Origin: a virus
Lineage: Duplodnaviria > Caudoviricetes
Virus record (IMG/VR): IMGVR_UViG_3300025277_000007
Span: 1 to 39,532 of that record
Strand: one strand, 5' to 3'
DNA length: 39,532 nt
Shown: piece after piece, positions 7,343 to 18,137 of the stretch
How the letters are laid out: each line of letters begins with the position of its first letter
Numbering within the stretch: the first letter of the stretch is position 1
The notes under the pieces: model-generated
Seen by the model: the letters and a program-made list of their open reading frames with translations, nothing else
What the model was told of the DNA's origin: nothing
Databases searched by the model: none
Translations under genes and position numbers: made by a program

Positions 7343-9655
7343 TTAATCTGCTGCGGTAGGCATACCAATACCGCCGATGGTTTTCATAAATGTACTGGCT
7401 CTGGGAGCTACATCTTCTTCCTGTTCAATAGGTATTTGCTCCAGTCTCTGCAAAACCTGCTCAATGGTTGCTCCCTCCTGCACCCACTGGGAAACAGGAA
7501 TACCCCGACGAGAAGCATTTGCCATTTTCGATCTCACTTTACCAAACAAGTCTTTTACTTGTTGCCTCTTTATCGGATCTTGCAGATCTAACACCAGTCT
7601 CTGCGCTAACTTTGGACTAAACACAACAGTGGATGCCAGCCCGCCAATGACCGCAATGGGCCAGCTAAAAACAAGACTTGCGGCAGCGCCTACTCCTCCT
7701 GCCCCCATCGCCATCACTGGCGCTCGCAACAAAGAACCCGTACCCCCCCCAATTTGCCTGACAGCAGCCGAATGGGCTATAAGGGATTGAGCCAGCCCAT
7801 GCTGAGTTTTCACGCCTGCAGCCATAGAAGAGATAGGCACCCCTGATTCATTCTCAAGTTTTAGTAGCAGCTCATAGGCAAATTCATCAGCGTCGTCAAG
7901 CGAACTGAGTATCGTATATAGTACTCTACCTCGGTCTACATTTTTAAGAACACCAGTCTCCGAGATCATGCCAGATTCAATCCCGAATTCTGTCTCAAGC
8001 GACTTCAATATGTTGATATCAACTTCATACTGATGTGTAGCCGTATCGTACACCTCGCCCAGTTGATCTGACAGCGTCTTGCGAATTTCCTGTCGCAGGC
8101 CGATCAAGGCACGGTTGGCTTGCTTGCCTACCTCTGTATCGGTGATGCCGATGGCATCATCAATTTCCCACATGAACCTCTGCAAGGCCCCCACGGTAGT
8201 AGGTGGGGCATTGACAAGACGCTGGTGAAAAGATCTTACCATCTCCCGGCCCCGGCCCTCAGAAGCTATCTGTGTTGCCCTTGGATGTGGAAATTGCTCA
8301 AAAGACACATCGGCCTCACCCGTACGGCCACGCGCCCGAAGTTGCTTTGGCCCCTGGCCTGTCTCTCTGAACTGGGTGCTTTCGGGGAACTCTTTCATCA
8401 GATCCTCTGCGGCACCCTTAAACAAACCAGAAGGCGTAGTCGCTCGTTGCGAGGATATCTGACTTAGTTCCGGCTCCAGAATTTCTACGGCCCATTCATT
8501 GCCAACTATGCCATTAAACTCTTTTCGCAGGTTTTGCACTGCCGCTTTTTTCAGAGACTCCAAGGCCCCCTCTTCAACGCCAGTTTGCATGTGCGGAGCC
8601 AGGGCTTCTTTCGCCTCGGTCTGGAACTCGTCGCTTTTCTTTTTTACCTCATCTACAGCACCAAGCGTGTTTCGCACCAGATCGTCTTGCCGACTCAACT
8701 TTGGAACGTCTAATCGACCTCTCGTTTCCATAACCGGACCAGAGAACTCCTTGACAATTCGACTTTCCCCACGCTCCGGTGCTGTGTTAATAATTCTCTG
8801 TGTTCGCCGCGAAGTAGCGGTAGTGAAGTCCAATACGTTCATCCGCGCACTGTAACCTGCATCTTTCATAAATCGTCCTGGACTTCTGCCCCCAACCAAG
8901 GGCCAATCTTCTGGAATTTTTGCATCGGCCAACTTTTTCGCCCCCTCCCAGCCACGTCGTGCGCCTTCCTTCGTCAGTCCCGCAAGGGCTTTGAACGTCG
9001 GCCTGGCTGCGGCACCCACCATAGCAGAACCTGGATCTTCAAGTGCGCGTGAGGTTCTTGTAAATGCAGGAATCTTGCCGAGCCTGGTAGCCCGTAGTAT
9101 TGGCGCAGCCACAGATCCAACAGTCAGGTACGGATCAAGCGGCCGGCGCTCACGCTCTTCTTCGCTGAACTGACCTGTCAGTTGGCTGGTGAAATCTTTG
9201 AAGGCAGAAATATCCGGATCGCCTTCCAGGCCCCTGAGATGGTGTTGTGCAGGCCCATACGTTGACTTTACTGCGCCTCCAGCCACATCAGCCAAATGCT
9301 TTGTTGTCTCCCAAGGAGAATTTATCACCTTAAGAAATTCCAGCGGCAGCGAAGCCATATTACGCAGGAGATTGGAGTGTTTGGCACCCTTTCGCGCAAC
9401 AGACAAAACCCTATCGGCCTCTGTCATGGTGCGAGGATCTTCATTGCCCCGAGGGGGAACGTCCATCGGCTGCAAGGCCCGTAGGGGCCGATTCAAGTCC
9501 GGGCCAACAAACAGTAGGGGGTCTTGGTCCGACAGTCTCTCCTCTGCGGACTCCTCCCGTTCTGCGTCCCTATCTAACCTGGCGTATTCCTCGGGAGAAA
9601 GTGCCCTAATTTCTTCGTCCGAGAGAGAACTGAGCCTATCAATTGCTGCGCCCAT
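7343..9655 (-). CDS. Putative internal virion (ejection) protein
   Basis: 770 aa, helical, with Gly/Ala-rich hydrophobic C-terminal segment; between nozzle and fibre as in podoviruses. Confidence 0.55.
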   Translation of the reverse strand: MGAAIDRLSSLSDEEIRALSPEEYARLDRDAEREESAEERLSDQDPLLFVGPDLNRPLRALQPMDVPPRGNEDPRTMTEADRVLSVARKGAKHSNLLRNMASLPLEFLKVINSPWETTKHLADVAGGAVKSTYGPAQHHLRGLEGDPDISAFKDFTSQLTGQFSEEERERRPLDPYLTVGSVAAPILRATRLGKIPAFTRTSRALEDPGSAMVGAAARPTFKALAGLTKEGARRGWEGAKKLADAKIPEDWPLVGGRSPGRFMKDAGYSARMNVLDFTTATSRRTQRIINTAPERGESRIVKEFSGPVMETRGRLDVPKLSRQDDLVRNTLGAVDEVKKKSDEFQTEAKEALAPHMQTGVEEGALESLKKAAVQNLRKEFNGIVGNEWAVEILEPELSQISSQRATTPSGLFKGAAEDLMKEFPESTQFRETGQGPKQLRARGRTGEADVSFEQFPHPRATQIASEGRGREMVRSFHQRLVNAPPTTVGALQRFMWEIDDAIGITDTEVGKQANRALIGLRQEIRKTLSDQLGEVYDTATHQYEVDINILKSLETEFGIESGMISETGVLKNVDRGRVLYTILSSLDDADEFAYELLLKLENESGVPISSMAAGVKTQHGLAQSLIAHSAAVRQIGGGTGSLLRAPVMAMGAGGVGAAASLVFSWPIAVIGGLASTVVFSPKLAQRLVLDLQDPIKRQQVKDLFGKVRSKMANASRRGIPVSQWVQEGATIEQVLQRLEQIPIEQEEDVAPRASTFMKTIGGIGMPTAAD

Positions 9656-9658
9656 GAT

Positions 9659-11599
9659 CTATCCCCCTTCTCGTATCCTTTTGGCTTTCTCGCGGGGGGT
9701 TTCTATTTTCCCATCGGTGCGCTCGCCGCCGAGAATGCCCTTTGAGATAGTCACAGCTTCTTCCTCGCCAATTTTGAATCCCGGATGTAGAAGATCCCAC
9801 AGACCAATAGTAGACTGAACTTCCGACTCCACAAAATCTCGTTGGGCCTCGTGCAAGGAGGTTGCCACCTGCATCATTCCGTCGATCATGTCGTCTGGAA
9901 GGAACCCCCCCTTACCAACACGGATAAGTGCGACTTCAATGTTGGCCATTGTCGATAGGGCATCTCGATACAGTTCTATATCCTGTGAGCGCACGGTTGC
10001 CGGATCAATCAACCGCTGGAACTGGTTAACCATGGCTACCTGCGCCTCGGCACGGCCAGCCATGTCGGGGTCGGCTCGATAGTCTTGATGAAACCTTTTC
10101 ATCCTGGCGAATGATGGTCCCAGACCCTGGCTTCCACTAAAGGATTTGACGCCTTCCAGGCCCATGATCGACTTACGCAAGGTGTCAGTGACACCAAATT
10201 TCTGCTTTGCATTGGCCAACGTATCACGTTGTTTTTGGCGGGAAATTTCCCTCTGGTCGTTCCAGTATTCAACTCGGGCCTTCGCGTAGGCGCCCACCTG
10301 TTCCTGGTAGGCAGACATCAGATCGAGTGCGAGAGTGGGATCATCGCCGCCAATCATGTCTTTAAGTTGGTGTTCCTCGAAAAAGGCGACTGGGTCTTCC
10401 ATAAGGGCGCCTTTTCTGGTTCCAGCCATTTCCACGGCGCCGGACAAGCGCCGGGTATAACTTCGGACAAGTCGGTCGATCTTTTTGTCTGTAAACTCGA
10501 TCACCGCGCGACCCTCTGCGCCCTTGCTTCGTCCCTCCGCGGCCAGTGCACGCTCTTCCCTGGCAAGGTCAATTTCTCGCTTAAATACTCCCTGTTCTCT
10601 GGCGTCGTAACCCTTCAGGGCATTGCCAACCATCTCAGTGGCAATCTGAGGATTGGCAGAAACCAGTGCTTTGAAGTCGGGATCGTTTTCGAGTGCAGCC
10701 CGCACTTCACCTCTGGTCCGGCCGGCGTCAAACAGATCTCTCCCCTTCTCCATCATGGCGACCTTGTTCTGGCCGGCGGTAGGGAGGTCACCTGGCTTGA
10801 AAAACGGGGCCATGGCACGTAGGCGCTCCGACCTCGCACCCTCTTCGTCAAACTCCAGTTGCCGTGCCTTGAGCTGACCGGCAAACTCACTTTGTTCAGC
10901 AGCCTGTCGATCAGCCTGAAACTTCAAGCCAGCACCTGCCACCTGACCAGGCACTGCAGCCAATTGGGTAAGTAGAGTTGGACGAGCCTCTTCCTCCAGC
11001 CCACGCGCCCCTGCACGGCCCTTGGACAAGGCGTTGATCACATTGGCCGTGGCCTGTGAGGCCCGATTGCGCTTCTCGGTACGGGACTGATCCCTCAACC
11101 CGAGTAAGCCACTGCCTGCCTTTGACAACGCCTGCAGGATACTCAGCTTGAGATCAGGCGGTTGTACTACAGGAGCTTCTACAGCAGGTCGTTGGCCCAC
11201 TGCGGAGAGGGCCTGCATGATGGCAGACCTTCCATTGCCGGCAGGTTGAGCCAGCCCTGCGGTCGGTCCCTCTACGGGAGTGGTCACAAGATCAGACGAC
11301 GGGAGTTCCGGTTCTACTGCAAAGGAATCGTCCACCTCCTCGCCAAAGGTGGGCATAGTAATATCCAACTCGTCAGTCGGAGGCTGGATGGGCGTATCAA
11401 AATCAGCCGATACGGTAGGAACATCGGGCGAAACGCCAAACTCTTGAGCCGCCTGCGCGTACGCAGCCGCAGGCTCCATGCCACCCGCGATGAGTTCCTC
11501 GGCACGGGCAGCGGCCTCTGGATTCAGTTCACGAAGCCTGTTTTGCAGATTGGTCACTTCACCTGGCATTGTTACCCTCGTAATCTGCTGAACAGCCAA
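9659..11599 (-). CDS. Putative internal virion (ejection) protein
   Basis: 646 aa, A/E/Q/R-rich helical; C-terminal 'LIDPATVR..D.E' motif; podovirus position. Confidence 0.55.
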   Translation of the reverse strand: MAVQQITRVTMPGEVTNLQNRLRELNPEAAARAEELIAGGMEPAAAYAQAAQEFGVSPDVPTVSADFDTPIQPPTDELDITMPTFGEEVDDSFAVEPELPSSDLVTTPVEGPTAGLAQPAGNGRSAIMQALSAVGQRPAVEAPVVQPPDLKLSILQALSKAGSGLLGLRDQSRTEKRNRASQATANVINALSKGRAGARGLEEEARPTLLTQLAAVPGQVAGAGLKFQADRQAAEQSEFAGQLKARQLEFDEEGARSERLRAMAPFFKPGDLPTAGQNKVAMMEKGRDLFDAGRTRGEVRAALENDPDFKALVSANPQIATEMVGNALKGYDAREQGVFKREIDLAREERALAAEGRSKGAEGRAVIEFTDKKIDRLVRSYTRRLSGAVEMAGTRKGALMEDPVAFFEEHQLKDMIGGDDPTLALDLMSAYQEQVGAYAKARVEYWNDQREISRQKQRDTLANAKQKFGVTDTLRKSIMGLEGVKSFSGSQGLGPSFARMKRFHQDYRADPDMAGRAEAQVAMVNQFQRLIDPATVRSQDIELYRDALSTMANIEVALIRVGKGGFLPDDMIDGMMQVATSLHEAQRDFVESEVQSTIGLWDLLHPGFKIGEEEAVTISKGILGGERTDGKIETPREKAKRIREGG

Positions 11600-12294
11600 T
11601 CAAGGAGACCCCCTTCTCCCCTGCTGGTAGCACTGCGGGGAGTCCTGGCACCAGAAGGTAGCGAAGTATTTCTTCTCCACGTCTGTCGTATTGCCATGGA
11701 AATGCTCGGATCATTGACCTGTTGCAAGGTGACCGGCTGGCCGTTAGGCCATGTCCATGCAGTTGCTCCTGAAAAGTTCGGTGCTGTCTGCCACGATCTC
11801 CACGGGCCATCTTTAGCTGTGGGTGGAGCCAGTGGGCCAAAATTTGTCCGAGTCCCCTCTTGTGTCCACGTCGAGCGGTTCGGGTTCGCGGGTGAAGGTG
11901 CCGCTACCGCTCTCGAAGCAGCACTCGGCCTTGCCGCCTGGGGGCCACCCATCGAGAATGGCCTTGCCTGCTGTGCTACCGCCTGGCTGGCATCAGGTAG
12001 AGTGGCACGTTTGGTTGACTGATCCTCACCGAGTCTGGTTAGCTTGTTTTCCATCCATTTCTGCACCAGAGGATCAGCCATAACGGAAGCAATATGGCTC
12101 TCCAGCCCCGGTTCCTGTCCTCGCCGCACGGTCTGCTGGCCTGCCATCTGCGGGTTAAGGCCCTGAAGGACATCCTGAAGACCTGCCCTCTTCTTCGCAA
12201 AATTTTGCTGTCTGCGTTGTGCAAGCGCACCGGCACCGGCATTAATGCCTGAACTGATTAGTGTCAGTAATGCCCCTGCTGTAACTGGTTCCAT
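11572..12294 (-). CDS. Putative ejection/pilot protein
   Basis: N-terminal 'MEPVTAGALLTLISSGINAGAGALA' is typical of podovirus ejection proteins; GGAG RBS. Confidence 0.55.
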   Translation of the reverse strand: MEPVTAGALLTLISSGINAGAGALAQRRQQNFAKKRAGLQDVLQGLNPQMAGQQTVRRGQEPGLESHIASVMADPLVQKWMENKLTRLGEDQSTKRATLPDASQAVAQQARPFSMGGPQAARPSAASRAVAAPSPANPNRSTWTQEGTRTNFGPLAPPTAKDGPWRSWQTAPNFSGATAWTWPNGQPVTLQQVNDPSISMAIRQTWRRNTSLPSGARTPRSATSRGEGGLLDWLFSRLRG

Positions 12295-12364
12295 AATTAT
12301 CTCCTGCGATCTGTATTATTAGAGCCTGTTTCAGGGCGAGGAATCTTCAGTCCCGAGATAGTCT

Positions 12365-15300
12365 TTAGTCATTAATTTTAGGCCCGCGTGAAAGCACGTC
12401 TTCCAATCCTCTTCGCATCTCTGGAGGAAGCAGGGGCAGTAGCGCCCGAACCAGGTCGGTCTGACGCGGGTCTTCCGTTGTATACGGATTGAAACTTCCC
12501 TGCAGCATGGCAACAATAGTGGCCAGTAGTGCCTGGTCCTGATCCTGGCCAGCAAGGGTGCGCTGGCCATCCAGGAACCCCAGTTCCCCCGCCCGTGCCA
12601 GTTCCCTGCGCTCCAGCAGGCCGGCGATATCGGTGCCGGCTCCAATGGCTTGAGTGAAGCGTTCATCAGCCCTCTCAGCGCCCTGTCCCAACGCCGCCAG
12701 TACCGCACGGCTCTGGTCGTCGGCTCGGAGATTGGCCAGATCGATAGTCTGACCACCACGCAAGACGCCAAACCTCTGCAGCAGCTCCCGATCCTCCCGT
12801 TCGCGCAGGCGATCTTGCTCTTCCTGATCTGCGAGAATCGAGGCAGTAATCGGATCAGATCGCAGAATACCAGCAGCTTGTGCCTGTGCCCTTCTGGTGG
12901 CTTCTGCGTCGATATCGCCTTCAAATCCGTCGGCTACAAGTTCAGCCCGAATCTGCGGGATAAGTTCTGCAGTCATCTCCTGGATCTGTGAGCGAATATC
13001 GGTGAACCCAGGCCGAATGGCACCAAGCAACTCCTCAAATACGCCACCCGAGCCAGAAGGCTGTAGGCCATCGGCGGTGTCCAGTCGAGCCAGAATGTCG
13101 GCCAGCGAGTCCTCAAGGCCGGATATATCTGTGACTCCACCAGCACCCCCGCCTCCACCACGTTGGTTAATGAGATCATTAACCTTCTGTATCTCCCGAG
13201 GAAGATCTTCTGTCAGACCCTTGATCTGCCCCCCCATGCCCGGCAGGAGGGTAAGAGGGCCTAAGAGAGTTTCGATACGATCCAGACCTGGCAAGTTGAT
13301 ATCGACACCGGCATTTGCCAACAGATCTGGCAATCGACCAAAATCACCAGCCTGAATGCCAGCCAGTAGATCGTTCAGCGGACCCGCATCTGTAGCGTAG
13401 CCGGCAAGATCCCCAAGCGGATCAAGACCACCAAGATCCAGGCGGTCAAGGAGGGCGTTGAGCGGCCCAAGGCCCAGGCTCTCAAATTCACCACGCAGCG
13501 CATCCATATCCGGCAATAACTGGCCAGCTGTCAATGGACTGGGAGCACGATGCCTAAACTGTTCAAGTAGTTCGCCGCGGCTTGGTAGCAGATCGTCTAT
13601 CGTCAGCTGCTCCGGCCTCATCGCCGTCCACGCTTCATCCATATCGATCGGCAGCAAGTCCCCTGACAGTAACTGCTGGGGCCGCATAAGATTCCACTCG
13701 TCCATCAAGTCTGTAGGCAGCATCCCCCTTGCTGTCAACGGATCAGGCCGCATCGCCGTCCACGCGTCACCCAGAATCCCCTCATCCGGCAGCAGATCGC
13801 CTGCTGTCAACGGATCAGGCCGCATCGCCGTCCACGCGTCACCCAGAATCCCCTCATCCGGCAGTAACTCGCCGGCTGTTAATCGACTGGGGGCACGATA
13901 CGCGAGCTGTTCACGTAGCAGATCACGACTCGGTAGCAGATCGTCTATCGCCAGTGGACCGGGCTTACGCTCATCCCACGCTGTAGTCAGTTCCTCCTCG
14001 CCAGGCAGCAGGTCGTCCAACGTCAGCGGAGGCAACTCTCCCATCGCTGTGTCAAGCTCTGCAAGTTTGGTGCCGCCGAGGGTAAACAGCTCGTTGAGCA
14101 GTCGGGCCTGATCTAATGGACCGCCCGTAAGGCTCAGATCAGGCGGTGCAGGCAATCCACCCAGCAGCGTCTCCAGGTCTTCGCCCTGACCGAGCGCCTT
14201 TGCCAAGCCAGTCCGTTGTGCCGGGAAGCCATATCCCTCACCGCCAAAGGAGCCGCCGATAATATCATCCAACAAGCCCTGCGACCTCTGCAGGTTCCTG
14301 AATAACGCGTTGGGCACAGGAGATGCGCCCAGCACCCCAAGGTCGTCAGTGATACCGCCCAGTTGATCTTCTAAAGTGCCTACTGTGTCAACAAATCCAG
14401 TAGGGAATTTCATAATCGAGGGGGACAGTTGCTGTCGCAACTCACCAAGACGAGTGCCCTGTAAGGTGATGGCCGCGGCAAGCTCCCCAAGGCCGAGGCC
14501 GCGGAGTTTCTCCTCCAAGCCGCCTTCGCCAAAAATGTCCCGCTCGATGACATCAAGGCCAAAGTCAGCGCCGGTCAGAGGATCAATAGCGCCACGAATA
14601 CCCGTGCCGATGTCACTGGCAAGGCCAGGGATATTCAGACCTGTGAGAATATCTCCACCCAGGCCACCGAGTTCGCCGAGAATCTTTGTGCTAATATCCC
14701 CTGGCAAGTCTTGAAAGAGGTCAAGAAGACCAGCTCTCAGATTCTCTTCAGGACTCAGTCCTGGTCTCGTCGTTGGAAAACCTAAGCTGAATGCAGGGCT
14801 ACCGAATATCACTTCAATGTGGCGCTGAACATTGTCTTCCCGTTCCTGCAGTGCCATAAAGAACCTGGCCCGGAACTGACTCATCTGTGCGTCGGAAGGA
14901 CGAGGCACATTCCTATCAGGGTAGTCGGCACGGTCGATGGAGCCGTCGCCGTTGACATCCTCGCCCTGACTGGCCAACCACGCGTCCAACTTCTGCCCTT
15001 GAACGATCATCTGCACTACAGGATCAGCGCCCAAGCTCTGGAAGACTTCGCCGGGACCAGAACCATATCGGGCACCATATTCTGCGGTGCGGAAATGCTG
15101 GTTAGTAAATTCTGTCAGATCTGGATCTGTGAAGTCGGGATTGTAGTTCGGCGTCCCCCACCCCGTCACTGGGCTTTTCCACTCCCCAGGATCAGTCCAT
15201 TCAAATTCAGTGCCATCAGCAGCAGCATCACGCGCAAATTGACTGCCTGCCCCGGTAGGATCATATCCTCCCATGTCAATTTCTTCGGGCGGCAAAGCGC

Positions 15301-15658
15301 CTTCGTCATCGTCAACACTCACAACTGTTTCCGGCAAGGCGTCTGTGGCCTGACCGTTTGCAGCGGTAGACGTGAAGAGAGAGAATCCCTCGCCACCGGG
15401 TCCACCAGGTGTCTCAATTACGTTCCTCTCGCTGGTAGAGCCGATCTGGATGCCGTCTTGGAAAATGCCCCGAGTGCCGGGCGCCTGATAGGCAGTACCA
15501 GGTTGAGAGACGCCGGGAATAATGTCGCCAATAGAGATATTCGGATCGAACCCAAAATCCCCAAACCCACGCAACTGGTTGCTCGTAAGCCTCTGGTTAC
15601 CAGACCATTGGATTTGAGAAGGATCTTTAAAAAGAAAGAAGGGACTAATAGGGGCCAT
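12365..15658 (-). CDS. Large acidic G/L/D-rich putative internal virion protein with tandem repeats
   Basis: 1097 aa; follows the nozzle-like gene; internal 22-24 aa repeats. Confidence 0.55.
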   Translation of the reverse strand: MAPISPFFLFKDPSQIQWSGNQRLTSNQLRGFGDFGFDPNISIGDIIPGVSQPGTAYQAPGTRGIFQDGIQIGSTSERNVIETPGGPGGEGFSLFTSTAANGQATDALPETVVSVDDDEGALPPEEIDMGGYDPTGAGSQFARDAAADGTEFEWTDPGEWKSPVTGWGTPNYNPDFTDPDLTEFTNQHFRTAEYGARYGSGPGEVFQSLGADPVVQMIVQGQKLDAWLASQGEDVNGDGSIDRADYPDRNVPRPSDAQMSQFRARFFMALQEREDNVQRHIEVIFGSPAFSLGFPTTRPGLSPEENLRAGLLDLFQDLPGDISTKILGELGGLGGDILTGLNIPGLASDIGTGIRGAIDPLTGADFGLDVIERDIFGEGGLEEKLRGLGLGELAAAITLQGTRLGELRQQLSPSIMKFPTGFVDTVGTLEDQLGGITDDLGVLGASPVPNALFRNLQRSQGLLDDIIGGSFGGEGYGFPAQRTGLAKALGQGEDLETLLGGLPAPPDLSLTGGPLDQARLLNELFTLGGTKLAELDTAMGELPPLTLDDLLPGEEELTTAWDERKPGPLAIDDLLPSRDLLREQLAYRAPSRLTAGELLPDEGILGDAWTAMRPDPLTAGDLLPDEGILGDAWTAMRPDPLTARGMLPTDLMDEWNLMRPQQLLSGDLLPIDMDEAWTAMRPEQLTIDDLLPSRGELLEQFRHRAPSPLTAGQLLPDMDALRGEFESLGLGPLNALLDRLDLGGLDPLGDLAGYATDAGPLNDLLAGIQAGDFGRLPDLLANAGVDINLPGLDRIETLLGPLTLLPGMGGQIKGLTEDLPREIQKVNDLINQRGGGGGAGGVTDISGLEDSLADILARLDTADGLQPSGSGGVFEELLGAIRPGFTDIRSQIQEMTAELIPQIRAELVADGFEGDIDAEATRRAQAQAAGILRSDPITASILADQEEQDRLREREDRELLQRFGVLRGGQTIDLANLRADDQSRAVLAALGQGAERADERFTQAIGAGTDIAGLLERRELARAGELGFLDGQRTLAGQDQDQALLATIVAMLQGSFNPYTTEDPRQTDLVRALLPLLPPEMRRGLEDVLSRGPKIND
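13463..14026 (-). repeat. Eight tandem 22-24 aa repeats (LT..DLLP.....W...RP..)
   Basis: Visible in translation; two near-identical 72-bp DNA units start at 13731 and 13803. Confidence 0.85.
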
Positions 15659-15660
15659 CT

Positions 15661-17205
15661 CTAAACTCCTGCCTTAACCCTGCGCTTCTTGCCAATGTCT
15701 TTGTATACCGGATGCGTACGTCGGATACGAAATAATTCATCTCTGGAATTGTTGGTAAACTTCAGGCTGGAATGAGGATCGTATTCGCTCATGTCCAGAT
15801 CCTGCGCCAGCATCCGCACCGTGCCCAGCTCTTCTTCGTCGGTCTTGCTTGAATTAAGAATGAATCCACCGCCAGCAACATTCAGCGTCCTGGTGGTACC
15901 GGATATGCCTGACGATTCCTGATTGACAGTGATGTTATAGTCTCCGGTAGCATCAAAATAGGTGCGCGAATACAGCCATCTGACCCGCTCGGCCGATCCA
16001 GACGGTGCTGGTGCCCCCGTGCGGAAATAGGCCCGAATAGCAGTGCCATCAGAGGTATCGTCATCGTCGTTGTAGGTGTTTGCAGGCGCATGATCTTCCA
16101 GTTTGCCGCCGATATCGCCTGACGAGTCCAATGTCCCGGCATGAGGCGTCTGATCAATCAACGCCGCACAGTTGCGGTCGAAGTACGCCCCCGATCCGGT
16201 GTAAGGACCGAACCAGCAGTCATGGCGATCCGAGTAGATGATGATGTGGTTCATCTCTGTCTGACCGGTGCCATAGGGCACCCAGAACCAGGCTTCTGCC
16301 TCGGCTGGATAGTACAGCGAGAAACTCTCCACCAGACGTGAGTCGTTGAGATGGGGCCAGTATCCCAGATCGAGCGCGAAGGACTTCTTCTCTACGTCAT
16401 CCCCACCATCCCACTCGTAGATACCGTCCTCGCGGACCATCAACTGGCGATCTCCAGGCAGCACCACCACCGCCCTGCCATGAAGCGCGGCCCGAGAGGT
16501 GCGCTGCTGCTGCTGGTAGGGAATCTGTGAGTTGCCCGTGGGCACCATGGTGAAGATGCCGCCACTGGTATGCACCGACAGGGCGTTGCGCGTTGACACC
16601 AGGGCCGTAATACGATGACCGAACTGGTAGAATGAGGTCGCCCCCACCGTATCGATATCGGCAGTATCGCTGAACCACAGCCGGTCATAGTCGGTGCCCG
16701 TGCTGCCCCACCAGACCCGGTTGTCCCAGTGCGCCACATGATCCGCTCGGTCGAAGCGAGAGTCTACATCCACCACCGCAGCATTGCCGCTGCCAGTCCA
16801 CTTGAAGGGGACATCATAGCCGTTGGTGGCAAAGAGGGTACCGCTGCCCTCGTCTGCCGCCCACTCGAAAGTATAGTCATCGCCAGCGGTGACGGTGACG
16901 CTGCCGGTGATGGGTGACCAGCCAGATGCGTATTTGTAAATGGCCGTGCCAGCAACGATGACCACATACTCGGTTGATGGCGGCACGGTGAACTGGGCGC
17001 ACATGGTCAGTGTCGGGTCCAGGGAGATGTTGGCCGCCGACTTGTACGAAGCCGTGCCCAGGCGCTTCTCTACGGCACCGGCCGCCTGTATTCGAGTATT
17101 CTCCATAGCGGAAATCTCCTCGACTGCCACATCCTCTTCAGGCCGCGAGTACCACACGCCGCCCGTCCATGGACCGTACTGAATATCACCGGCACGTATC
17201 GCCAT
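15661..17205 (-). CDS. Tail tubular protein B / nozzle-like (P22 gp10 / T7 gp12 type)
   Basis: 'GAVEKRLGT', beta-propeller-like W/Y-rich repeats, 'DNRVWW', 'RLWFSD'; position after the adaptor. Confidence 0.7.
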   Translation of the reverse strand: MAIRAGDIQYGPWTGGVWYSRPEEDVAVEEISAMENTRIQAAGAVEKRLGTASYKSAANISLDPTLTMCAQFTVPPSTEYVVIVAGTAIYKYASGWSPITGSVTVTAGDDYTFEWAADEGSGTLFATNGYDVPFKWTGSGNAAVVDVDSRFDRADHVAHWDNRVWWGSTGTDYDRLWFSDTADIDTVGATSFYQFGHRITALVSTRNALSVHTSGGIFTMVPTGNSQIPYQQQQRTSRAALHGRAVVVLPGDRQLMVREDGIYEWDGGDDVEKKSFALDLGYWPHLNDSRLVESFSLYYPAEAEAWFWVPYGTGQTEMNHIIIYSDRHDCWFGPYTGSGAYFDRNCAALIDQTPHAGTLDSSGDIGGKLEDHAPANTYNDDDDTSDGTAIRAYFRTGAPAPSGSAERVRWLYSRTYFDATGDYNITVNQESSGISGTTRTLNVAGGGFILNSSKTDEEELGTVRMLAQDLDMSEYDPHSSLKFTNNSRDELFRIRRTHPVYKDIGKKRRVKAGV

Positions 17206-18131
17206 CAGCTTGCCGCCGAAAGACTGCTATCAGCCGGCACATAATTGAACCGGCCTGAGAGATCTCCTACTTCCGCTCTACGCCAGACCCGATTGCCGTA
17301 GATCGTACGGTTGGTTTCCTTGCCGTTATCAATCGCCTCGTTGTACTCAAAGCGATTCTCCCCGGCGGCCTCAGAGTCGCCCTTCTCCTGCAGATACATC
17401 TCGGTCGCACCAAAGATCACCGCCGGCTGCAAGATCTCCGGCAACCACCTGTCCAGTTCTGTAGAGTCGTTGCCTGAAGTCCAGTCCACAATAAAGCCAC
17501 GATAGCGGTAGCGGATGACATCGCCCGGTGTGCTGTGATAGGGCCACATACGAACCCGGATCTTGCCCGACAGCGCGTCTACCCCATCAGCCGCCCATAT
17601 CCTCGCATTGGTCTCATTGTTTCTATCTGGGTCTTCTGCGTCGATCATGTCAAGGCCGGCACCAGAGATGGTACGGCTGTTGGTTTCATCGATAAACGAA
17701 TGCGGCACCAGCACGTCTGCGTCGAGGGCGTAGGTCTGGGTGACGGCGATAGACACATATGCAGCCGTGGCACTGCCGTTGGTCAGTGCCGTGTCTGACG
17801 TGGTAAACGTGCCAACGATGGTGTGTACCAGCAGGGCCGTAGGGTAGTTGGTAGGATCATAATCGTCATCTATTTTTGCCGTGGCCCCGGAACTGTTGCC
17901 GGTAATCGTGTTTCCTGCAGCAAAAGTCCCACTGATGCTCGATACCGTGATGGTCTTGGTCGTATTGAACGTGGTGGTCTTATGCAGCCACCACCACTTG
18001 CCACCAATCTCTCCTGACACCCGCTTCGCTGCCATGTTGAGATACAGCCGAGCCTGATCCTTGTACGTCGTATTGGTGGTCAACAGGCCGACGCGGTTCA
18101 GTGTCATGGTAATGGCTTGTGCAAGCGTCAT
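17205..18131 (-). CDS. Head-tail adaptor / tail tubular protein A-like
   Basis: 'MTLAQAITMTLNRVG...YLNMA...WWWL...Y.L..D...WP...LPE..QPAVIFGA' adaptor pattern with a T-rich beta insertion. Confidence 0.65.
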   Translation of the reverse strand: MTLAQAITMTLNRVGLLTTNTTYKDQARLYLNMAAKRVSGEIGGKWWWLHKTTTFNTTKTITVSSISGTFAAGNTITGNSSGATAKIDDDYDPTNYPTALLVHTIVGTFTTSDTALTNGSATAAYVSIAVTQTYALDADVLVPHSFIDETNSRTISGAGLDMIDAEDPDRNNETNARIWAADGVDALSGKIRVRMWPYHSTPGDVIRYRYRGFIVDWTSGNDSTELDRWLPEILQPAVIFGATEMYLQEKGDSEAAGENRFEYNEAIDNGKETNRTIYGNRVWRRAEVGDLSGRFNYVPADSSLSAAS

Positions 18132-18137
18132 GCTGCC

